From an uncultured Lentisphaerales bacterium (lineage in GTDB: Bacteria > Verrucomicrobiota > Lentisphaeria > JABSQK01 > UBA12247), in the NCBI GenBank assembly GCA_943788985.1, contig CALSSJ010000021.1, positions 32,001 through 96,000 of the forward strand: a stretch of DNA of 64,000 nucleotides, written 5' to 3'. A model generated the notes under the pieces. That model was not told the DNA's origin. It searched no databases and worked only from the letters and a program-made list of their open reading frames with translations. Positions 38,516 to 48,069 of the stretch are shown piece by piece (within the stretch, counting starts at the first letter, position 1; every line of letters starts with the position of its first letter). A program made the translations under genes and the position numbers.

Positions 38516-41095
38516 ATGGAACCAAAAATCGAACAGCTACTCGCGCGAGCCAGAAAAACAGTCTACCTGAATGACTTGCTCGCTTTGCTTGCCCGCCTGC
38601 TGTTCTGGGCCGGGACTGCCCTGCTGCTCGCGGTCGTGCTCGACCACGCGCTGTTTCCGGGTCCGAGCGTCTGCTGGGGCGCATTCGGGATCGTGGTCAT
38701 GGTCCCACTGTCTGTTCTCGTCTGGCAACTCTGCTATCGTGCAGATCGCAAAATGAACCCTGCCTATCTAGCGCAGCAGATTGAGCGAGCGCATCCCGTG
38801 CTGCTCAATGATCTCACCACCTACCTCAGGCACCCAACCCCGGCGCTCGCGGCCCAGATCCTCGCGCATTGCGGTGCCGACACGACCCAGATTCGTGTGC
38901 GGGTGCCAAAGGACGCGGTGCGCTCGACCTGGGGGCTGGCCCTCGTGATATGTTGGCTGGGCTACGGACTCGGCACCCTGCATCCGGTCGGGCACTCGGT
39001 AGCGCGCATCGTATCTCCCTGGCGAGCGCAGGCATTGGGGCCTCCGAGCCAGACCCGCCTAGTGCAAGTCACGCCGGCAGACGGCACCTTCCTCAGCATT
39101 GAAGACGTCTGGTACGTCGAGCTGGAAACCGCGGGCCACGCGCCCACCAAGGGCCACGTCCGCTGGCGGCACGAGCAGGGCGAGTGGCGCAACACCCCCG
39201 TGGAGCATCGTGAAGATGGCAGCTATGGCGCTAAAATGCCTCGCCTAATCGGCACCATTTCTTTCATCTGCTATCTAGGTGATGCCACGTCCGCCCCGCA
39301 CACCGTCCAGACAATCGCGACCCCGATCATCGAGCAGCAACTTGTCCGCTATGAGCTTCCAGCATATCTGGAACAGGCAGCACGCACAGATCGCGCCTAT
39401 GAGATCAGCGGAGTCGTCGGCTCGCGCGTTCACTTCGAGATCCGGACCGACCCGCCATTGGCTTCCGCCGAACTCGTCTGGCTGGGCAAGAAGGAGCAGC
39501 TAAAACGCTCTGAGCGCGTCGTTTCGACCTTCCAGAGCAAACTGCTTACACATACCGGTGATTACTTCTTTCGGCTCTATCCTCACCCAGCAGTCCCCCC
39601 CATAGAAACCCCGCAATTCGCTGTGCGGGTCTATCCGGACCAGCTACCTCGGGTACTGCTGACCAGCCCCACCAATCGTCAATTCCTGCCCGCGAATGGA
39701 CGGCTGGAGGTAGCCTACGAGATCCACGATGACTTCAGCCTCTTGAATGCCAACCTCCGAATTCAACGCTTCGCAGACGACGAAGTCCGAGACTATGTCC
39801 TGGCAGAACGTTCTGTCGGGCCCAAGGTCAAAGGCGAGATCGTTGTGGACCTAGCGGAACTCTCGGCCCGAGAGCACGATCGATTCGTGATCTGGATCGA
39901 AGCCCGCGACGCAAGTCCAGACAACCCGCCCGTGGCCAGCGAAGGCGTCACCATTAGGATCGGCAAACCGGAAGTCGTCGAAGAAGAAATCAGCTACGGC
40001 AAAGTAGTCAAAGACTCAGACCTGAAGCTAGATCTCCTGGCCGGCATTCAAGACGCGCTTGCCAAGCCCGAAGAACCTGAACCAGCGGATAGCTACGAGG
40101 ACGAACGGACGCCTAAGGATGCCAAAACGAAAGAGAAGAAGAAAACGAACCGCAAAGCGCCCAAGAATGAGTGGAACAACAAGAAGGAGAAGAAGAAAAA
40201 AAAGGATGATCGCGAGACCCTGAAGATCCGAAGCAGGATGGATAAGGGTGGCGAAGTAGGTGAGCGTGGGAAGTTCCAGCCAGAAGACCCGGATGCCGAG
40301 GGCGAGGGCGAGATGCCCTCGTCCCCAGACGAGCAGGACGCAGGCCAGTATCTGCCAGACGAAGGCGACGAAGACGGAGAGACCGACGAAGATCGCGAAG
40401 GCAGCGGTAGCGGTAGCGGCAGTGGCGAAGGCAGCGGTAGCGGTAGCGGCAGTGGCGAAGGCAGCGGTAGCGGGGAATTTGGCGGTTCAGGGGACGCAGC
40501 AGGGGGCTCTACGGGCGCTGGGAGCGGCAGCAGCGGTGGTGGCAGTAGTGGCAGCAGCGGTGGTGGTTCTGGAAGTAAGGGCGAAAGCAAGGGAGAGGGT
40601 GAGAAATCCGTCGGTTCAGACGATGGCGCCTCCACGGGTGATGGCGGCGGAAAGGAAGATAAGTCTGGTGGCCATGGCGAGAAGAAGACCGACGCGGAAG
40701 GCGGGGGTCGAGGCGAACGCGGCTCTCCCAGCGAGGATAATGGAGAGAAACCAACCGCTGAGGCCGGACGCGTGTCCAATCCGCAGCGCTTTCGAAGAGA
40801 AGAGCACACCGGGAGACGCGCTATACTGGACGCGGAGAAGAGCAAGAGCGGGAACATCACCGGAATTAGGCTCTCAGATGATGTATTCGACACCAGCTCA
40901 ACCCGGCAGGATCAAATCGCACCAGATTTCGCCAGAGCCGCGATCGACGTAGAGCGCGCTTATGAGGAAAAACAACAGGCAAACACACGGACAGAGCAGA
41001 CCATGCACTTCGAAGGAAACGGATTCTCCGCTTTCGAGCGCGAATTGATCGATCACTACAAGGCCGAAATCCGCCGTTTACGAGAACGGCGTTGA
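38516..41095 (+). CDS. large membrane-anchored protein (DUF4175-like layout) with low-complexity C-terminus
   Basis: Three N-terminal TMs, beta-rich middle (PDQLPRV..DDFSL..IEARD), poly-Lys, acidic and Gly/Ser tracts, C-terminal RELIDHYKAEI; start at ATG 38516. Confidence 0.75.
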   Translation: MEPKIEQLLARARKTVYLNDLLALLARLLFWAGTALLLAVVLDHALFPGPSVCWGAFGIVVMVPLSVLVWQLCYRADRKMNPAYLAQQIERAHPVLLNDLTTYLRHPTPALAAQILAHCGADTTQIRVRVPKDAVRSTWGLALVICWLGYGLGTLHPVGHSVARIVSPWRAQALGPPSQTRLVQVTPADGTFLSIEDVWYVELETAGHAPTKGHVRWRHEQGEWRNTPVEHREDGSYGAKMPRLIGTISFICYLGDATSAPHTVQTIATPIIEQQLVRYELPAYLEQAARTDRAYEISGVVGSRVHFEIRTDPPLASAELVWLGKKEQLKRSERVVSTFQSKLLTHTGDYFFRLYPHPAVPPIETPQFAVRVYPDQLPRVLLTSPTNRQFLPANGRLEVAYEIHDDFSLLNANLRIQRFADDEVRDYVLAERSVGPKVKGEIVVDLAELSAREHDRFVIWIEARDASPDNPPVASEGVTIRIGKPEVVEEEISYGKVVKDSDLKLDLLAGIQDALAKPEEPEPADSYEDERTPKDAKTKEKKKTNRKAPKNEWNNKKEKKKKKDDRETLKIRSRMDKGGEVGERGKFQPEDPDAEGEGEMPSSPDEQDAGQYLPDEGDEDGETDEDREGSGSGSGSGEGSGSGSGSGEGSGSGEFGGSGDAAGGSTGAGSGSSGGGSSGSSGGGSGSKGESKGEGEKSVGSDDGASTGDGGGKEDKSGGHGEKKTDAEGGGRGERGSPSEDNGEKPTAEAGRVSNPQRFRREEHTGRRAILDAEKSKSGNITGIRLSDDVFDTSSTRQDQIAPDFARAAIDVERAYEEKQQANTRTEQTMHFEGNGFSAFERELIDHYKAEIRRLRERR
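40395..40473 (+). repeat. 30-bp coding tandem repeat, about 2.6 copies (EGSGSGSGSG)
   Basis: GCGAAGGCAGCGGTAGCGGTAGCGGCAGTG repeated exactly. Confidence 0.9.
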
Positions 41096-41193
41096 TCTCG
41101 CAGACGCTGTGCTAAACGGAGAATTAGTAGAATCGATTTCCATTTCTGGATTTCGCTTCCAGTTTGCGGTTTTCATAACCCGGAGACGCCACG

Positions 41194-43173
41194 ATGGATG
41201 AACAGAGACTTCTGTTTACACCCTCTCCCAAGAGAAGCCGAGCCGCCTTGGTTCGCGCAGCCCTGTTTTCAGGATTCTTTCTCCTCTGGCTGAGCTCACC
41301 GATTATGAGCCCCGAGGACATCTCTTCCTCCGTAGCACTGTTCATCAGCATAGGCTGTATCCTTGCCGCCGGGGTCATCGTCAGCTCAGTTAAGCGCTGG
41401 CGTGCGTGCCGCGCAACCTACGCAATGAGCGAAACTGCGCTCATCAAAATGGGGCCCGACGGCACTTGGCAGGTGCCATGGTCTGCCGTAATGACCGTGC
41501 GCTGGAGAATCTCTAGCGAAGATATGCGCCTACTCCTTGTCGACCACGATGACGAACCGCTCACCGAAATTCAACTGGCGATCTTCGAAGATGGCGGCGT
41601 TGCCTTCCTGCGGTCCCTCGAACTCCATCTGAGCCGCGTGTTTCAACATGAACTAGCCGGCTACGAAAACGGCAGCAAGCAATGGCAGCTTCCCACGGGG
41701 GCCGAAGTGATCCGTTTCGAAGGCAATCAGGTGACTATTTTCCCGCCGCGAGGGGTAGTGCGCCGCATCCCATTGCATCGAATTCGCTACGTAGAATGGC
41801 AGCCGCAGAACCGGTCCGGTGCACTTGGCGGGCGCCTCATCATCGCCGATGGCGACAACCTGCTCGAACTCCCCCAGACCATTGCCGGCCTGCCCTTTCT
41901 ACTTTTCGCCTTTCGCAAGCACGGGCTTACCACGCTGGTGAATCCCGAGAGTGACAGCAGCAATGAATTGGCTGCTGCCCGCGGACGGCGCGTGGCGCTA
42001 GGCATTCGCGCCATCTGGCTAATGGGCATTGCCGCCATGCTTTGCCTCTCGCTTGTCAGCCTCGCCACCACCACCTACCACGCCGCCAACATCGAAAAAA
42101 CCGGGACCAAGGTCACCGCAGAGGTCACCGGCAGAACCGCCCCCGACCGCCTTCGGCTACGTTGGACCGAAGCTGAGGCGCAGCAGGAGCGTGTCGTCAC
42201 CGTCACCCCAGACGTCTTTCAAGCGCTCACGCTCGGCACCACCACTGAACTCAGCGTCCTGCCAGAGGCCAGCGGCATGTTCTGGATTAAAGGCATGCCG
42301 CCGCTCGTGGACAAAGTAGACTACACAATTCTGGCCACGGTTTCCCTGATCGTCCTGATCCTAGTCTTCTGTGGGATACGGGCACTCGCGCAGCGTCGCC
42401 GCCTGCTCCCGCGAATCACAGACCTCTACGGCCGCTTCCTCGACGGCCTGCCTGCTAATTCCGTCGCCCCTCCCTTGCCGCAAGACAGCGCGGCTGCGGC
42501 TAAGCTGAAACACTGCGCCTGCTGCGATGCCGAAATCCAAGACGCCGACTACTATCTTGCAGACCAACAGCCGTGGTGTGAAAGCTGCCAAGCCAGCAGC
42601 CGCGGAAACAGTTCAGGAAGGAGCCTGGTGCGCAGCATCCTTCTAGCGCTGGCAGCAGGCGGCGCCGTGCTCGTCTTCTGGAGCGTGGCAATCGTCTATG
42701 CTGGCAAGCCGTTTCCCGTGTTTGCAGCATTATTGGGCGTCGCCGTCGGCTGGGGAATCCGCTCCGGCGATCTCACCGCCAAGCGGCGGCCCAGACTCCT
42801 TGCCGCCGCAATCTGCTATTTCCTGATGTCCTGTAGCTTGTTGCCAAATTTGTGGATTGGAGATGACATCCCCACCCACACCGAGATCCTCCGCCAATAC
42901 AACGAAGTCATTGTCCCGAAGAGCGAGGGCCAGATGCACGAGGCGGCCAGCTACGAGGCGCTGAAGGACCAGATCGTCGTCGGCCTAATGGACGGAGAGC
43001 TCAGTCTCTACATAGGCTTCGCCACATCTTCCTTGGTGACCCCACTCTTCTACCCCTTCTGGCTTCTGCAGGCTCCGCTCGCGATGCTCTGCTCATTCAT
43101 TGGCCTATGGCAGGCCTGCCGGATGTCCGAGGCGATGCCGACGGTGGCCTTCTCCGGACCATTTCGTGACTGA
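41194..43173 (+). CDS. hypothetical multi-pass membrane protein with CxxC..CxxC motif
   Basis: 659-aa ORF with several TM segments; HCACCDAE...WCESCQ. Confidence 0.75.
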   Translation: MDEQRLLFTPSPKRSRAALVRAALFSGFFLLWLSSPIMSPEDISSSVALFISIGCILAAGVIVSSVKRWRACRATYAMSETALIKMGPDGTWQVPWSAVMTVRWRISSEDMRLLLVDHDDEPLTEIQLAIFEDGGVAFLRSLELHLSRVFQHELAGYENGSKQWQLPTGAEVIRFEGNQVTIFPPRGVVRRIPLHRIRYVEWQPQNRSGALGGRLIIADGDNLLELPQTIAGLPFLLFAFRKHGLTTLVNPESDSSNELAAARGRRVALGIRAIWLMGIAAMLCLSLVSLATTTYHAANIEKTGTKVTAEVTGRTAPDRLRLRWTEAEAQQERVVTVTPDVFQALTLGTTTELSVLPEASGMFWIKGMPPLVDKVDYTILATVSLIVLILVFCGIRALAQRRRLLPRITDLYGRFLDGLPANSVAPPLPQDSAAAAKLKHCACCDAEIQDADYYLADQQPWCESCQASSRGNSSGRSLVRSILLALAAGGAVLVFWSVAIVYAGKPFPVFAALLGVAVGWGIRSGDLTAKRRPRLLAAAICYFLMSCSLLPNLWIGDDIPTHTEILRQYNEVIVPKSEGQMHEAASYEALKDQIVVGLMDGELSLYIGFATSSLVTPLFYPFWLLQAPLAMLCSFIGLWQACRMSEAMPTVAFSGPFRD

Positions 43174-43289
43174 GTGAATGCACGGGCACGGATTGACGAG
43201 ACGCCCATTGCGTCGGCGCACCACCTCGTATCAAGGCCGAGAAAAAATCGGCTAGAGTCGATCCTTTGGACGGCAATCGCACTGGCCTC

Positions 43290-44303
43290 TCAGCCAAGCA
43301 CGCCGCGGAGGACGAGATTATTGAGACGACGCCCGACGTCCGTGAGGCCGTCGAGAACGACCTGGTCGTAACTGCGACCGTCTCGTGTATCAAGACCATG
43401 GCCCGGCTCGAGATCGCGCAGACCTTGCAAAGCCGCGTCTTCGTGATGGAAGACTTCGACAAAAACGTGCTCGAGCTTGCCAGTGGCCGCGGCGGCGTTG
43501 AGGAGGGCTGCGGTCCAGCCATCGTCAGTGCTCAGGCAACCGCGGGTCGTCTTCGCCGAGGCATGGAAGATACCCAACTCGCCTGCTTCGGCGACCTTGG
43601 CGATAAGCGCAGCGTTCTCCGGGATGGTCAGCGCAGAGTCACCACAGTGTGCGGCATCCACGAGGACGCGGAAGAAGGTCTTGCCATAAGCTCGGTTGAT
43701 GGCGCTAACCACATCCCACGCTTTCTGAAGATCCGTGAACGTCTGGAATTCGCCGGCGCGGAGAAACTCAATGTGCCAAGCTTCGACACAGGATCCTTCA
43801 AGGCCGGCCTCGCTGGCAGCCCGGGTGTGGACCTTGACGTTCTGGGCAATGGCGGCCTGATAATCGTCGCCAGTCTTTCGGGTAGCACCAGGGGTCATCC
43901 ACTGCTCAATGGAGGTGGAAGAAACATGGGCCACGCCGTGAGTTTTGGCAGCGGTGAGCCCACCCACAAGCATCTCGACCACAGCATCTTCGTCCGCTGG
44001 GACCATTGGGTCGGCGCCGCCAACCATAAGAATGAAATGGACATCGAGGCCACAGCCACGGAGACCTTCAACCATTTCAGCGACGTCGCCTTCACGGAGC
44101 CCCGGAAAGTAGGGGACCTGCACACAAGTGATTGGCACGCGGCTTTGCGCCACGAGGCCACGCATGTTGGCAACGACGGAGAGTTGCCCAGCGGCATCGC
44201 GGGGGATGCGCCCTCCATCATCAGGCACGAGCCCGCCCACAAATTTGAGGTGAGTGGGAACAACGCCGAGGGCGACGTGCCCCTTGAGAGTAATATCTGC
44301 CAT
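43290..44303 (-). CDS. xylose isomerase-like TIM barrel, possible sugar epimerase/isomerase
   Basis: WHIEFLRAGEF, LVDAAH, IFHASAKTTRG and FVEVF match the E/D-x2-H/H/R/E pattern of tagatose-3-epimerase-like enzymes; AGGAA upstream of ATG 44303. Confidence 0.65.
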   Translation of the reverse strand: MADITLKGHVALGVVPTHLKFVGGLVPDDGGRIPRDAAGQLSVVANMRGLVAQSRVPITCVQVPYFPGLREGDVAEMVEGLRGCGLDVHFILMVGGADPMVPADEDAVVEMLVGGLTAAKTHGVAHVSSTSIEQWMTPGATRKTGDDYQAAIAQNVKVHTRAASEAGLEGSCVEAWHIEFLRAGEFQTFTDLQKAWDVVSAINRAYGKTFFRVLVDAAHCGDSALTIPENAALIAKVAEAGELGIFHASAKTTRGCLSTDDGWTAALLNAAAATGKLEHVFVEVFHHEDAALQGLRDLEPGHGLDTRDGRSYDQVVLDGLTDVGRRLNNLVLRGVLG

Positions 44304-44737
44304 CTTAGAATTCCTTTTTCGTGTCAGGGCAAGCCTGCTCACTGATTTCTGTTCACTGATTACTGAATTATGCCGGACCTGGCTGTTCGCGCTCGGTGCC
44401 AGCGGCGCTGGCCGCCTTCCCTTCTCCAGCAGCCTCGGCGCTGAGCGGGGAATGAGTGCCGCAGAGCGCCGGCAACGACTCTGCGCGGTCGGAAGCCGAA
44501 AGCATAAGAAGAGCGCACAAAACTGCTAGAAAATATACGGCCATGGCGCGCTGGAAATGGGGGGCAGCCTTGAAAGAACCGCTACAATATCCGGCCTCCC
44601 CTCCCTTTGCAAACGGCCGATCTTCCTGTAAAACACGGAATTATCGCGGGCGGCTTTCTACGGAAAAGTCAGGAAAGCCAGTCCCTAACTTATGCGCAGC
44701 GCACCATAGTCTAACCTGCTGCTTGACAACCAGCAGG

Positions 44738-46798
44738 TTAGACGCGGCTTGTGCCCTTCCCACTCGGGCAAGTCTGCTTCCGCCGAAGCTGCAGCACATA
44801 AAGTGCGGAAAATATCACCAGCCCGAAGACGTAGCACCAATAGCGAGACTCATGCGGAATCCGCAACAGCCCGGCACAGAAGTCGGGGCGCAGCGACAGC
44901 ATCGTCACCACCAGCAGAATCGGTATGTCGAACCAACGGTTCGCGCGCGCAAACCACCCCTGTGTGGCTGCCGCAAACGCGCCATTGCCCACGCACGCCA
45001 TCGCAAAGATCAGCAGGCCGATATGCCACTCGTTGATGCCGTGCAGAATCAGGTCTGGGTTCAGGATGAACATGAACGGCAGGATCGCCGTCCGAATGTC
45101 ATACATAAAAGCCTGTAGCCCGGTCGCGATCGGCGGTGCCTTGGCGATCGCCGCTGCCGCATAGGCCGCCAGCCCAACCGGCGGCGTGTCATCTGCCAGA
45201 ATGCCAAAGTAGAAGCAGAAAAGATGTGCCGCCATTACCGGGATCACCAGATTCTGCGCGGCCCCCACATCGACCAGCGCCGGGACGATCAGGCTGGCCA
45301 TCACGATGTAGGTCGCGGTGGTCGGCAGGCCCATGCCGATGATCAGACTCGTGACCGCGGTAATCAGCAGCATCGCGTAGATGTTGCCGCGTGAGAGCTC
45401 TTCCACCAACTGAGAAATCATGTCGCCCGGGCCAAATGCCACCACGCCGACGATGATTCCGGCCGCTGCCGTCGCCAGCCCCACCGAGACCATATTCCGG
45501 GCCCCACTCACCAGCGAGTCGTTCAGCACGCGCAGCGCCTCGACCAGCGCCGTCTTCACTGCCGTGCCTGCCCTCAATGCCTTGAGTACGGGCACGATCA
45601 GCATCATTGCCCCCATCACCACCACTGCGCAAAGAGCCGCAAGCTCGGCAGATCGCTGCTGCACCAGCAATTGATAGATCAGGACCGAAAGCGGAATCAG
45701 AAAGTGCCAACCGCCCAGCAGCGTCTCTTTAAACGACGGCAGCTCTTCCTTTGGGATGCGCCGCAACCCCAGCTTGCAGGCCTCCAAATGCGTGATGTAG
45801 AGCAGTGTGGCATACGAAGCAAACGCCGGGATCGCGGCCGCTTTAACCACAGCCCGGTAGTCCACATTCACATACTCCGCGATCAGAAACGCGGCTGCCC
45901 CCATGATCGGCGGTGCCAACTGCCCGTCGGTACTGGCCGCCACTTCGATCGCCGCGGCCTTCTTGGCCGGATAGCCAGCCTTCTTCATCAATGGGATGGT
46001 GAACGTGCCGGTGGTCACAATGTTAGCGATACTCGAGCCGGAGACCATTCCGGTCAGCCCGCTGCTGACCACTGCCGCCTTGGCAGGCCCACCGCGAAAG
46101 CCGCCCAGTACGCTCATCGCCAGCGAGGTGAAGAATCTTCCGCCACCGGCCTTCTCCAGCATCGCCCCGAAGAGCACGAACAGAAACACGATCTTGGCAG
46201 ATACATCCAGCGGAATCCCGTAGATCCCCTGCGTACTGGCGGTCATTTGGTCCACGAATCGGCCAAGCGAGACGCCCTTGAAGGCCAGCACCGACGGCGC
46301 GTGATGCCCAAAAAACGCATAGGTGATAAAGATCCCGGCCACAACAGTAAGAGCCGGGCCGATGACCCGCCGGCATGCCTCGAGCAACAGCAGCACCACC
46401 ACCGCCCCCACTGCCAGATCCACGTTCGTCAGCGCGCCCTGCCGGGCATTGATTGCATCGTAGCAAAAGGCGTAGTACGAGGCGCAGAAGGCACCAACTG
46501 CGGCCAGCGCAAGGTCAACCACCGGCACCCTATCGTGCGCAGACAGCCAAGCTAATTGGGGCCGAGCCCGCCGCAGCAGCGGGCTACAAAGAAACGCCAG
46601 CGCCATCGCAAACGACAAGTGCACACAGCGCACGATCGTGGAGTCGAGCGTCCCCCACCAAGCCATCGCGCGCGGAGGCGGAATCGCAATGCCAATCTGA
46701 AACAGTGACCAGGCGGCCGCAGTGATCATGACCACATAGCGCGTCCAGTCCTGCGGATGTCGCACTTCGGCTCCGTACTGTTCTTCACGCTCGCTCAT
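44738..46798 (-). CDS. TRAP transporter 4TM/12TM fused permease
   Basis: GGPAKAAV, GSSIAN..TGTFTIPLMK, PPIMGAAAF, GMGLPTTATY and DDTPPV motifs; start uncertain (46798 or 46861). Confidence 0.93.
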   Translation of the reverse strand: MSEREEQYGAEVRHPQDWTRYVVMITAAAWSLFQIGIAIPPPRAMAWWGTLDSTIVRCVHLSFAMALAFLCSPLLRRARPQLAWLSAHDRVPVVDLALAAVGAFCASYYAFCYDAINARQGALTNVDLAVGAVVVLLLLEACRRVIGPALTVVAGIFITYAFFGHHAPSVLAFKGVSLGRFVDQMTASTQGIYGIPLDVSAKIVFLFVLFGAMLEKAGGGRFFTSLAMSVLGGFRGGPAKAAVVSSGLTGMVSGSSIANIVTTGTFTIPLMKKAGYPAKKAAAIEVAASTDGQLAPPIMGAAAFLIAEYVNVDYRAVVKAAAIPAFASYATLLYITHLEACKLGLRRIPKEELPSFKETLLGGWHFLIPLSVLIYQLLVQQRSAELAALCAVVVMGAMMLIVPVLKALRAGTAVKTALVEALRVLNDSLVSGARNMVSVGLATAAAGIIVGVVAFGPGDMISQLVEELSRGNIYAMLLITAVTSLIIGMGLPTTATYIVMASLIVPALVDVGAAQNLVIPVMAAHLFCFYFGILADDTPPVGLAAYAAAAIAKAPPIATGLQAFMYDIRTAILPFMFILNPDLILHGINEWHIGLLIFAMACVGNGAFAAATQGWFARANRWFDIPILLVVTMLSLRPDFCAGLLRIPHESRYWCYVFGLVIFSALYVLQLRRKQTCPSGKGTSRV

Positions 46799-46907
46799 AT
46801 GCCTTCCAGCTGGATGGAACAAACCGGTATCATACGGCCGTACGCGTTCACGTTCGACCATTCTCTGCGGAATCGCCGTCAGTCACGCGGGATGCTAAGG
46901 TTGCGGA

Positions 46908-47645
46908 ATGAAAATTCACACATTCTCTTTTCAGGTAGACTCCGATTCGGCGACCATCGTGGAAGCCGTGCAGCTGGCCGCAGAAACTGTTGGTGGCAAG
47001 CAAACCCAGGCCGGTGCCGTAGACGCTACCGTCACCGTCAGCTGCGGGGAAGCGCCAGCGATTGCGGACGCCGCAACCGGGATTCAAGTCACCCTCGACC
47101 TCGCTCAAGCAGGTACCGCCGTCGGTACGTTGGTCACCAAGCTCACAGCCTTGAACAAAGAGAGCGTTCATCTGGCGGTCACTGGCGACGTCCCCGCTAA
47201 CGCACGCTTGGTCAAGCGCCTGCATGATCTCCTTACCGATGTCTGTCATCGGTGTCGGCGGCCTGTTCAAGGCAAGGGCAAAGGCCCCCGACGCAAGTCA
47301 AAGGATGGCACCGGCAAGGCCGTGGATCGCCTGTTTCCATTTGTCCGCCGCGCTCGCATCACGCTGGCCGGCCAGGAACGGCTCAAACGAGCAAAAGGCA
47401 GACTGCACTTCCTGATGATTGCAACAGATCTGGCCCCGCGAAGCGCGGACGAGTGCCTTGAGGCGTTCGCCGATTATCCGATTGTGCAGGTCTACAGCGC
47501 GGAGCAGATGCAGGAGTTTTTCGGCATCAAAGGCCTAAAAGTTGCTGGGTTCGCAAAATCGGATCTGGCAACCTCGCTGTATCGGGAGCTAAAAGTGTTT
47601 CGGATCAATGCGCCGGAGCGCTCCGACACTCCGGAAGACGCGTAG
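46908..47645 (+). CDS. hypothetical protein with possible C-terminal L7Ae/L30e-like domain
   Basis: RRARITLAGQERLKR..LHFLMIATDLAPRS..YSAEQMQEFFG..KVAGF resembles the YlxQ/L7Ae pattern. Confidence 0.55.
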   Translation: MKIHTFSFQVDSDSATIVEAVQLAAETVGGKQTQAGAVDATVTVSCGEAPAIADAATGIQVTLDLAQAGTAVGTLVTKLTALNKESVHLAVTGDVPANARLVKRLHDLLTDVCHRCRRPVQGKGKGPRRKSKDGTGKAVDRLFPFVRRARITLAGQERLKRAKGRLHFLMIATDLAPRSADECLEAFADYPIVQVYSAEQMQEFFGIKGLKVAGFAKSDLATSLYRELKVFRINAPERSDTPEDA

Positions 47646-48069
47646 CGAGAGGTACCAGCACTTGGGACCATCAAAACAGATTCCGCTCCCGCTTTGGCTA
47701 TTGCTTAGCGTGTTTGTCACGCACTGCACTGGCAGTTGGCTGCTGCTGACTCTCGTGAGTGATGCGGATACGCAGCCCGCACTGGCTGCAGCCTCGGAAC
47801 TGACGCTGCTCCCGATCTCGCTCGTCTGGCCAAACGCTCTCGCCAGCACACTGTGGTTCACCTTGGCCATCCCGCTGAACGCCCTCCATTGGACTGTACT
47901 GCTCCCCATCAGTTGGCTGTTGCTGGGGACGTATTTGCCACAACCGCAACAAACCGAGAGCAGCGAGGCGGAAGCCACGCAATCGCGGTGTAGATTTGGC
48001 TTGCGCGGCGTAAAAATTACATCGCTCCCCATCCCACAGCTCTTTCTAAATTCATTCGGACATTCATGA
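47608..48069 (+). CDS. possible small membrane protein
   Basis: Hydrophobic ORF filling the gap, stop overlaps the nhaA ATG; start doubtful. Confidence 0.35.
   Translation: MRRSAPTLRKTRSERYQHLGPSKQIPLPLWLLLSVFVTHCTGSWLLLTLVSDADTQPALAAASELTLLPISLVWPNALASTLWFTLAIPLNALHWTVLLPISWLLLGTYLPQPQQTESSEAEATQSRCRFGLRGVKITSLPIPQLFLNSFGHS

Noticed and set aside
40093..40952. Pro/Ser-rich and Ala/Val-rich alternative-frame ORFs
   Set aside because: By-products of the Gly/Ser low-complexity tract of the 38516-41095 gene.
43266..44345. 359-aa ORF fully antisense to the TIM-barrel gene
   Set aside because: No motifs; long antisense frames are common in GC-rich coding DNA.
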